From the NCBI GenBank assembly GCA_015680685.1, contig MNCI01000542.1:499889-563888 (forward strand): DNA of 64,000 bases, in the 5' to 3' direction. The notes below the pieces were generated by a model, which made no database searches, was not told the origin of the DNA, and was given only the letters and a program-made list of their open reading frames with translations. Source of the DNA: Gnetum montanum. Taxonomy: Eukaryota > Plantae > Gnetophyta. The translations under genes were made by a program, and so were the position numbers. Of the stretch, positions 53,218-64,000 are shown one piece after another (position 1 is the stretch's first letter; each line of letters begins with the position of its first letter).

Positions 53218-55778
53218 AAATGAGTGGCGAGGTACCCTTATGCCCAACCATATGAATCATAGGCATTCATCTGTGATCTGGTCGACTTCTATAGACTATA
53301 ATTACTAAGTACGCTAGAGCTAAACAATGCGTGTGTGTTGTCCGTTCGTTGTCTTTCCAGTCCCACTTGTGGAATGCAGTTATATGGTTAAGTGGGACTG
53401 AGGCAAAAGATTTTTATTATTTTGTGTTTTATCAAATTACTCGTCTAGAACAAGAATAAAAGTAAGAGTGATTAAGTACTAAGTAAACTATAGTCTAATC
53501 TAGCCTAACACAAGTAACCGTTCCCACTTCCTGGACACATCCTGAACTTTGTATAAACATTGTTGAGTTGTCAAACGCTAATTTTTTCTGAGCTACCAAG
53601 TGTCACACGTATGTTCAAAGGCATTGTGCTTGTGTATTTTAATGAGTTGCTTGATTAATCAAAATTAATTATTGCACCAATAACATTAATGTAAATTACA
53701 TGAAATCACAATATATAAATGCATAAGAAAGAAAGTCTCAAGTGTTGCAAGGAATGAATCAAATAGTTTGCCTTTATTTCCAACACAATGATGTGTTCAG
53801 GTACATCAATGCTTGAATAAAGATTTATTCACACTTAGACCTCCTACTGCAGGCACTTGAAAAATATTCTAACTCTCAAATGAACAAATTGCAAGAGTTT
53901 CAGTACTTGACTGCCAAAAACTACTCTCAATCATGCACCCAGGGGTTGTATTTATAGACCCAGAAATAACCCTACAATATCGTATCTTGGGCCACGATAT
54001 CGTGTACTCGATATTGCGGCCACCCCGATATTGGAGTGTATGAAAAAACACAATTTATCATACCCCCACGACTGAATGAAAACTCATTCTTGAGTACAGA
54101 AGAAAAGGAACAAGTCCTTTACAAAATATATTAGGGGGTGTGGACTATTCAATTGACATGCAAAGTGACACAGAGAAAACATACATATACAGAAGTGCTC
54201 GAGCATACAATATTACAATTGTGTACAAAATTGGGTGTTCATGACAATAGGAAAGAGCACCCTCAGATCCAATGGACATCCAACCCCTCTTGACAATAGA
54301 AGAATGAGGGAGAGATAGAAGAGATCTAGCAGTCATGAACAATCTCTTGCAAGTGATATTATTGCATCCTCCTTGGTGAAGATAGTCCCGCTTCTAGTCG
54401 ATGCTCCCCATTGCAATCACAACAAAACCAAGGATTAGTATATAAATTTTAATAGATAACAGCCAAATACCTTGTCTCATCAGTGATTTTACCTAGCCGA
54501 GTTGTGATTGTGATAGATTGGTTGCTTGATAGTGTTAGTGGGAAAACTGACGAATGGGTTAAGTAAAAGAAGCGGTCCATAAAATGTAGAAAAAGCTTAA
54601 CACAAGGAATATTGAAAAGAGGGTATAAAAATTCACAATAATAAAAAGAAGAATTTCACTAAAAATAGTTGTGAAGATGTGTACAATTTGGATGGCATGG
54701 AAGGGGTAAATAAAAAGAATTTGATTGTAACAATGTCTAAGGGTAAAGAACTTAACCACACCAAAAGATATGCAAGTGGTTCCTCCCCAAAGCAGGCACA
54801 GGCCTTTTATGCCCTTGCATAACGTCAAACCAAGGAATCCGTGGGCTCCATGGATGATTAATGGTTACGAAAAGTTAAGTACAAAAACCCAAAAGTAACT
54901 GACTGAGAAACCTTACACATCAAACAAGAACATTGAATCAAAGCATGAAACCAGCAGTGAGGTGAGGCATGAAAAGCATAGATGGATGAGGGAGAGAATG
55001 GAATCGAGTTCCTAATTATGGTCACATGAAGTCCCTTGTGGAGTTTGTGATTAAATGAATTAGTAGGATCCATCTTCAATCTAGACCAAAACCAACCACT
55101 TTTAGTGACTTTGCATCAACATTCTAAGGCTAATCCATCCCCTAAGATACAAGAATGCTCCCACAAAATAACCACTATTCCGAATTAGAGAGAAAGTAGG
55201 AAGTGACAAAGGGGCTTATTTAGAGGAGATAAGACAAGTCCCATAACCAACGCTTGTAGCCCTTTTTATTTGGTTTAAGGGGTGTGTTTTGAATTCCCAT
55301 GTGTTTTTTTTGAATGGGAACCACACCATGCAAAGACCCATGCATTTTTCGCATTTATTTTGTTCAAGGGGTGTGCTTTGAATCCTCATCTCCTTTTTTT
55401 TCTTTTTTTATTTTTTGATAAGGACCACACCATGCAAGGACTTATTTGACTTCCTATTGAGAAATGATGTGGAATGGTGAGAAGCTCATGAGAACACTCC
55501 TACACATAGGAAATAGAAAATCATGAAGAATACTACATCCCTTTGAAGCCACACCCTATCCAAACCTTTAATTCCTTCCCAATTTCAAAAACCACACAAG
55601 TCACCAATTTATTAAAGTTACATTAATGAAGAAGAGATTGCATATTTCCAAAACAAAAAGTATGTGGATGGGTGGATGATGTGGACTCACTACTTGTTAC
55701 ATGAAAAGAAACCCTGCCTTAGTCATCAGCAATGATATTCAAAGTCAGAAGCCAAACATCAACAATCAAATTACAAAT

Positions 55779-56554
55779 TGATGGGACACGATATCGTGTA
55801 TGCGATATTGCGGTCCGTCGCCAGTTCTATAAATAAGAGGCGACTCTCCCTTGTTTCCTCATCTAGGCCTAGACCGTAGCAAAACTCTGGTAGTTTTACC
55901 TCTCCAAAGATAGATTAATTTCTATGTGCCTGCAGTAGGAACTCTAAAGTGAACGGATCTTTATTTGAGCAGACATTGTACCTGAACACAAGTTTGTGTA
56001 CAACAATAAAGACGAACTTCTTAGATAAACCTTGCAGTGCATGGAATAGGCTAATTAGGACTTTATTTATTATTATTTACTGTTTACCATTTAATTACTT
56101 TATTAGTTATTAAATCTCTCTCAACCCTTCTCTCCTAGTTAAGTGCCTCAGTACGACCACTTCGAGCACGTGTGTTACACTTGGTGATCCCAGCAATGAT
56201 TAGCATTTGGTAACCAAGGCTGCATTGGTTCAAGGTGTGAACAGTAAGTGGGAATGGATGTTGACACTAGGTTAATTAAGGCTTAGTTAGTTAGTTAGAG
56301 TTAGTTAATTAGTCTCTTCACCCTTCACCTCAATAGCATAGGAGATAAAACAAAAATGACATAAAAATCATATACCTCAGACTTACTTAACCATATAACC
56401 ATGACAACTACAAGTAAGTCTGGGAAGACAACAGATAATTAACCTTAAGTGTTCCATGAGGTGTGTAGGGACTTAGTTTGCGGAGTTCGACTGGATCGCG
56501 CGTGCTACACTCGTATTCATATGGTTGAGTCTAGGGGTACCTCGCCACTCATCA
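55779..56554 (+). mobile_element. Solo LTR of the 42171-family, inserted in opposite orientation
   Basis: TGATG...CTCATCA, perfect TSD CAAAT (55774-55778/56555-56559). Confidence 0.92.
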
Positions 56555-56962
56555 CAAATGAAACATACCACCATTGAGTAGCACATTACCATTGTACTTG
56601 ACACTTTATTAGTAGAAAAAGTAAAGAAACACATCAAACACAAGAAGATATAGAAAAAAAGTAAAAGATTATGCAATAAATATCAAATATATTAATGATG
56701 ATGTAAAACAAAAACTTAGAAAAGATCAATAATCTGAAAAACAAAAAGATGTAAAACAAAGAATATGAAAACAAAAATTTGTAAAACCAAAAATGTGTAA
56801 AATGAAAATGTCAAAAGATGGAGGATCCACATAAAGTATTAGTATGGGTGGCCATCTACCCCATGACTAGGTTGGAAAGGGGAGATTTGAAAGATTGAGC
56901 ATGGTTGTCCATCTGACGAGGTGTTTGGAGTTAGTCAGCTTAGGCTCATGGAAAGGCTTTAC

Positions 56963-59900
56963 TTATTGGATGTTGACTAATTGTTTCTTATCTAGGCTGT
57001 TAGGTTTGTAGATAATCATGGCCTCAGATGGAAAAGTCTCATCAATAATGTAAGGTCCTTCCCACAATGTTTGAAATTTGGTTCGTTGAGGTACATGTGT
57101 AGGATTCCAATAGAAAACCTTGTCTCTTGGTTGGAACTTGACTTTTCTTATTTTGAGGTCATGGCATTTCTTGTTTAATACCTTATGCATTTCATTTGAT
57201 GATAGGGCCATTAACCAATTTTCATCTAGCAAGTTAAGGTTCATTAATCGTTCTTTCTGTGCTAGACTTAGATTTAGGTCAAGGTCACAGGTTGTAGAGT
57301 GTACAAAGCTCGTATTGGATAGGTAGTGTTGGTAGTTTTCCATACACAAGCTCATAGGGAGAATAACCTATGGGAAGCTTCCATGTGGAGCCATAGCCCC
57401 AAAGGACATCATTTAATTTGGTGCTCCAGTCCCTTTAGTATTTGCTAATGGTGTGCATTAGAATTTTTGTAATCTCCCGATTAGTGACCTTTGCTTGACC
57501 ATTGGCTTGGGGGTGATATGGTGTTATGAGTTTATGTTGAACCCCCAAGCACTGCATAAGCTTTCAAAAAGTAGCACCTATAAAATGAGTTCCATTATCA
57601 CAAATTAACACATGAGGCACACTAAACCTATTTATGATATTCTATTGTACAAATCAAGTAGTAGTGGTGGATGTATAGTTGATGATGACTGCTACTTCTG
57701 CCCACTTGGTGCAATAGTCAACTGCAACTATTATATATGTCTTTCCATTTGATAAAGGTATGATGGGACCCATAAAATCAATGCCCCAAATATCAAATGG
57801 CTTGAGAGGTTCAATCCATTGCTGTGGCCCCTCCATTCGAGCTGTCATTCCATCATCCCTTTGGCAACGATCACAAGTGCAAACAAATTGATGTGCATCC
57901 CTGAAGATTGTTGGCCAATAATATCCTACCATGAGGATTGTTATGATCGTGTGTCTCCATACATAATAGCCCCCACAAGGACCTTCGTGAGCATCCTGGA
58001 GAACGTGCAGTTAATTTTTATCAAGGACACACCAACGTACCAGGCCATTGGGATAAAATTTGTAAAGGTTTTTATTAATTTCCATGAAATGCTTGACCTA
58101 GTGAAGAAATTGTTGTTTCTTTTTAGTATCTAGTCCTTATGGCAGTACTTGCTTGAGCAGATAAGTGAGGATGGTGTCATACCATTTTGGTTCATTAGGC
58201 ATTTGTGCACTAATAGCCCTTGCAAGGAGAGATTTGTCAAGAAATTAATCAGATAAGGGACTCTCTTTCTTCTTGTTGTCCTATCTTAGTTGCGATAAGT
58301 GATCCGCGATCACATTCTCCATACGTTTTTGATCTATCATCATAAGATCGAACTCCTATAAAATCACAAGCTACTGTATGACACGAGGGCTTACCGTTGG
58401 TTTATTCATTAGAAACTAGATGATGCTATGATCTATGTGCACAAACACATTATAGCCAAGCACATAGTGCCTAAACTTCTCTAAGGTGAACACCACTGCC
58501 ATCAACTAATTTTCTGTGGTGGTGTAGTTTAGCTGTGTACTTGCAATGCTTTAGCTTGCACAGTGAATGTAATATGGATGTTTTTGATCATCCATCTACG
58601 TAAGCACTACCCCCAAAGCATAATTCAATGCATCAGTCATCACATGAAATGGTCTAGACCAATCGAGTCTTTGTAGAATTGGGGTTTCAATAAGCTTTTG
58701 CTTCAGTTGTTGAAATGTTGTTTCGCATGCAGGGATCCAAACAAACAAGACATCCTTCTTTGTTAATTCTACCAACGACTTGGTGATTTTGGAAAAATTC
58801 TCAATGAAGCACCAATAGTAGTCAATATGACCAAGGAATGATCGTACTTTTTTAACTGTTTCGGGTTGGTGAGCGATTCCTTGGATGACCTTTATTTTTT
58901 TAGGGTTCACCTTGATTTCTACTTTGGAAATCTGATGCCCCAAGACTATGTCTTCCTGGACCATAAGATGGCTCTTTTTCCAATTGAGTCAGAGGTTTGT
59001 TTCGACACATCTCTTCAACACCTCCTCAAGATGATCCAAGGCTTGCTCGAACATAGCTCTGTAGGTAGAAAAATCATCCATGAAGACTTCTACCCCTCTA
59101 CTAATCTATTGTTGGAAAATGATAAGAACTAATCGTTGAAATGTGGCTGGGGCATTACATAGACCAAATGGCATCTAATAGTAAGCAAAAGTTTCCCAAG
59201 GACTTGTGAAGGTTTTCTTCGCTTGGTCTTTTGGTGCAATCTAAATTTGGTTATAGCCACTATAACTGTCTAGAAAGCTGTAATAGTATTGCCCAGAAAT
59301 GATGTCTAGCACTTGGTCAATAAAAGACAATGGAAAATGATCTTTGAAAGTTGCCATGTTGAGCAGTCAAAAATTAATGCATATCCATGATTTGCCTCCT
59401 TTCTTGGGTATGATCATGAGTGGATTAACCCACTCACTATCTGCGACAGAGTAGATGAATCCCACCTTGAGGAGTTGTTCAATCTCCTCTTTGACAATTT
59501 TCTTTAATTTGGGATTCAAACACCGTTGTGGTTGTCATTTGGACTTAACGACAGGGTCAGTGTATATTCGATGCTGGCATATTCTTGGATCTATCCCAAT
59601 GAGCTCAGAATATAACCAGGCAAAGGCTGCTGACCATTTTTCCACAATCTTCATCAACTTTTTCTTTTATTCTGTAGCAAGCTTGGCATTAATAATGACC
59701 AAATTTTCATTTTTGAAGAACATATACTCCATTCTAGCTAGTAGTGTCTTCAGTTCAAGGGGCTCTTGTTTAAAATTATCAAGAATTTCTTGCTCTCCCC
59801 AATTGACATCATCATTTGCTCCTTTAGAGAACTGGTGATGAACTTGCTCGAGTTCATCCATACTTGCAACATATTCGTATGTTAGGCCCTCAGTAGGTTC

Positions 59901-62900
59901 CATGCACAATGAACTACTGCTAGAATCAACTGTCAGCCACTGGGTGCCTTCTTTTTTTATGGCTACTATGTACAAACATCTCTAGATTTTAGCTTCTAGT
60001 GCACACTACTTGCATGTAGAGATAGATGTTTGCTTTACTGACCATAACTTCTGCACACAATGGCATCTTGAATCACTGTACACAATACATGGAACTCTCT
60101 TCTTCTCAATCTTTCCAAATTCATTAGAACTCTCTTCTTCTCAATCTTTCCAAATTCTTTCTGTATTGATATCTCTAAGGAAAGATCTCTAATGTTCATT
60201 TTGGAATCAATGGTACTTAACCATGTCCTTTCCATAATAATTGGGAAGTCCCCCTTGCAGTTCTCCACCTTGATTACTTAGAAATTGATAAGATATAACC
60301 ACCCACAAATGGTGGGAAAACCCTTGGTGTTTATGCCCAAGGGAGATTGACAGAGTTAAGTGCTCGTCAGATTCAAAAATTAATTGAGCAGGTAGCCAAG
60401 GAGGAGAGAGAATTGAGAAAATGAGAAAGTGCAGAAGAATACAACAAGGATCCTTCTATTTGCAAAAGGGTGGTTTGATTTTGTGATAGTGAGGATGAAT
60501 TAATTAGAGATGAGGTGGCTAATTAGAAAACCTTACCACTCCAGAAATTGCAATCACAAATCACAGCTAAGGTTGAACGAGTATGGAACTCTCAGGATCA
60601 ACTAATTTTTTGGGCAAGTTACTAGCTCGAATCTAATCAAATACAACATGGGTCAACATTACAATATGGATTTGAGAGAGATTTTAGTTTGAAGGGAACT
60701 TAGACAGAGATGAGACAGAGGAAGGTGGAGGAGCAAGGTTACCAACCATCGATGTGTTTGAGGGTTTTGGTGGACTGCGAGGTTGGAAGAAGGGTCTTTT
60801 CTTTGTTTGTGGTTCCGACCCACTTGGTGGATTAATTGATTGTAGATTAACCACCCTCGTAGCGTTCCTTTGCTGTGGTTGGGCAGACAATTCACCTTGC
60901 ATGGACAGAGTAGGTGGTAGCTATGTAGGATATGGAGAAGTAGGTGCAGGAATAGGAGGTGCATGAGGGTTATAGGTGACATCCCTCCTTGGGTAGGGTG
61001 ATTGGTATACTTCAGGAAGGTAGTGGTAAGGTTGGTAAGTGGCAACATGACCAAAGGAGTCCTGTGGAGATGAAGGTTGTTGAACATAGTAACCATAGGG
61101 ATCTCATTGCCAGTAAAGGTATTGCTATCTTAGAGGTGTCAACGTCCATGATTGCAGTTGTTGCCACTACTGGTACAATTTATAAGGTTGCGATGGAGTT
61201 CCACTTGGATAGTATTGTTGTGGTTGGTGGGACTATCAAGGATTACCTTATTGATAAGGTAATCTTTTGGGTGTTTGCCTTTGTGCAAGTCGTGGATGTA
61301 AGGCATACACCCTAGATTCCTGCAAGTGACACATAACTGGATAACATCCCTTAGGATGTTCATACTAGCAGACATCATAGCCATATTACCCTTACCCTTA
61401 GATATGGCACATTTAGCTTCCTTATGTCTCCGACACTCACATTCACCACTTTTCTCCTTGGACTCTTTAACAATTTTTAAGATAACCTGAAACTTATTAT
61501 TCATTAAGTCCCATAATTGGTCAGCCTTAGTTGTGATTTCTAATTACAATTTCTAGAGTGGAAAGGTTTTTTGATTAGCCACCTCATCTCTGATTAATTC
61601 ATCCTCACTGTCACAAAATCGAACCCTCCTTTTGTGAATAAAAGGATCCCTATTGTATTCTTCTACACTTTCTCATTTTCTCAATTCTCTCTCCTCCTTG
61701 GCTACTTACTTAATTAATTTTTGAGTTTGATGGACACTTAACTTTGTCAATCTCCCTTGGGCATAGACGCCAAGGCTTTTCTTGGTTTCAAACCACAACC
61801 TATTTATGATATTTTGAAGCTAATCAAGTTGAGAGTATCCATGGCCGGGACACCTATGTAGTAGAGAGTAGTATCGGCCAATAGCGGCATCCAAGGGCTC
61901 ATTGTTTCCTTGTTTCCACCCTTGAATCTGCTTCCTTAAATTAGATACTTGAGAGTATGTTTGATATTTGTCATTGAACAATTCCAACATCATACTCCAT
62001 CGCCTGATTGATTGTAGTTCCAATGATCAATACCAATTTTCTGCTTCCTTTATGAGTATCCTTGGAAATAATTTTAGCTTTTGCTAGTCATTTTCAATAT
62101 TCTGTAGGACACATGCATCTTGGAAGGCTTGGAGATGACTTTGCAAATTAGCATCATATCTTCCCTTAAACCAAGGGGTATTGTTCATGTTCAGCCTTTT
62201 TATTCTGCTGTTCTTCACATGCCTTGTTGGAATCCTCACAGCCTCTGCAATGTTCAACATCCCTTGAGTGGCAAGTAGAGGTTCATCAAGGCCATGATGA
62301 TGGTGCCTACAATGTTCTCTACTAACCCCTCTTTCTTGATGATGGGCCTTGCTAGATTACCCACATCTTTGATCATGATTATCCCAATGGTTCCTTCTAT
62401 TGTTCTGGTCCCGTTGGTTACCTCAATCATAATTATTCCTTTTGTGATTACAATTTGAGCTAGATGAAGAAGAAGAAGACAATGAAGGGGAAGAAGTAGG
62501 AGAACTTGCTCCGCACTGATGCCTATCACCCTTCCTTTAATGATCGTGATCACAATTGTGATCATGATCTCCTTTTTCCCCCTTATCTTGACTTGCCTCT
62601 CTAGATCCAATTTTGTCATTGGATCGATTTGACTAGAACCTAAATTATGAATTGTAGATTGTACATTCTGGTTAAGGATTCCTTGAACAAAGTCAAAGAG
62701 AGGAGAATCACTAAAGAAGTGGTCACCTCCATTAAATGGACCAAGCAGAGGTGGAAAAGTGCTTAATCCCTTACCCTTCACAAGCTCATGTTGGTGCTCC
62801 AACTGACGATTCCTTAATCTTTGCGCTTCAGTGGGATGATAATCCCTTGAATCGGGATCTCACATCTCATATTCTCCATGAAGATGTTGAAGCCCGTGTC

Positions 62901-63099
62901 AAATGAGCATTAGCTGGAGCATTTCTAGAACAAATCGATCAAGCGGTAACATAATGTTGCCTTCCATGTCGCACCACCAAAACAGTTCATCTTGATGCAA
63001 GATGAAGGTGAAGTCAAGTACATACTCATCTACCACCCAGTATTGCTGAGGCACTTGGACTACCTTGGGGAGAGATGGGCTCCTATGAGAAGAAGACAT
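56963..63099 (-). pseudogene. pol: Athila-type gag-pol (gag ~60600-63099, RT ~59000-59660, RNase H ~58290-58960, integrase ~56960-58010)
   Basis: FKDHFPLSFIDQVLD, MPFGLCNAPATFQR, VFMDDFS, VRSFLGH, PFHVMTDA, GYYWPTIFRDA...CDRCQR, PFDIWGIDFMGP, WEGPY. Confidence 0.92.
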
Positions 63100-64000
63100 T
63101 TTATGTTAATGAACTTATGGGTAGTGTGTAGTTAAGGTTTAATTTAATAAATTTTTTTTCATAAGATTTCACTCTTAAAGTTCGAACAACGAGGTTACTA
63201 AGTTTCACTCAGTTTAGATAGCACATGTAGAACTACCGTCCCCGGTAACAATGCCAATGATGAGCAATGAGGTACCCCTAAGCCCAACCATACGAATCAT
63301 AGGCATTCACGTGCGATTCGATCAAATTCCACAAACTATAATTACTAAGTATGCTAGAGCTAAATAGTGTGTATGTGTTATTTGTTCATTGTCTTCCCAG
63401 TCCCACTTGTGGAATGCAATTTTATGGTTAAGTGTGATTGAGGCAAAAGATTTTTATTATTTTATGTTTTATCAAATTACTCGCCTAGAACAAGCATAAA
63501 AGTAAGAGTGATTAAGTACTAAGTAAACTATGGTCTAATCTAGCCTAACATAAGTAACCATTCCCACTTCTTGGACACATCTTGAACTTTGTGTAAACAC
63601 TGCTAGGTTGTCAAACGCTAATCGTTTCTAAGCTACCAAGTGTCACATGTATGTTTGAAGGGGTCGTGCTTGTGTATTTTAATGAGTTTCTTGATTAATC
63701 AAAATTAATTACTACATCAATAACATTAATGTAAATTGCATGAAATCATAATATATAAATGCATAAGAAAGAAAGTCTCAAGTGCTGCAAGGAATGAATC
63801 AAAGAGTTCATCTTTATTGCCAACACAATGGTGTGTTCAGGTACATCAATGCTTAAATAAAGATTTGTTCACAATTAGACCTCCTACTGTAGGCACTTGG
63901 AAAATATTGTAACTCTCAAATGAACAAACTCCAAGAGTTTCACTAATTGATTGCCAAAAACTACTCTCAATCATGCACCTAAGAGCTATATTTATAGACC

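Larger units (their letters stand above)
53218..64000 (-). mobile_element. Athila-type Ty3/gypsy element with decayed gag-pol; 5' LTR (63258->64000) truncated by the window
   Basis: 3' LTR ~53218-54060, PPT at 54061-54070, PBS TGGCATTGTTACCGGGGA at 63239-63256. Confidence 0.92.

Overview
AT-rich, repeat-dense nuclear DNA of a vascular plant (species not determinable from sequence). The single intact host gene is a 19-exon long-chain acyl-CoA synthetase on the - strand (CDS 36405->13058, 1983 nt, 660 aa, all GT-AG introns, LACS1/CER8-like). Its 13.7-kb intron 8 holds a decayed CRM-type chromovirus (17426-28728). That element contains a Tekay/Del-like solo LTR (19414-24166), which in turn holds a polyadenylated, TSD-flanked retrocopy of a transposon accessory ORF (20461-21760). 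Left of the gene is a pol-less Ogre/Tat-type element with a spliced antisense gene and CpG-motif arrays, followed by a higher-order tandem array. Right of the gene are a ~185-bp tandem array in the promoter region, tandem RTE LINE 3' ends and a nest of Athila-type elements. The most unexplained signals are a covarying RNA stem with an alternative pairing conserved across seven LTR copies, an LTR core shared between Ogre/Tat and Athila elements, and short motif arrays (GCGTA, CGATATCG, GACATCT) accompanying retroelements with accessory ORFs. All lineage and domain calls come from motif recognition, not database searches.
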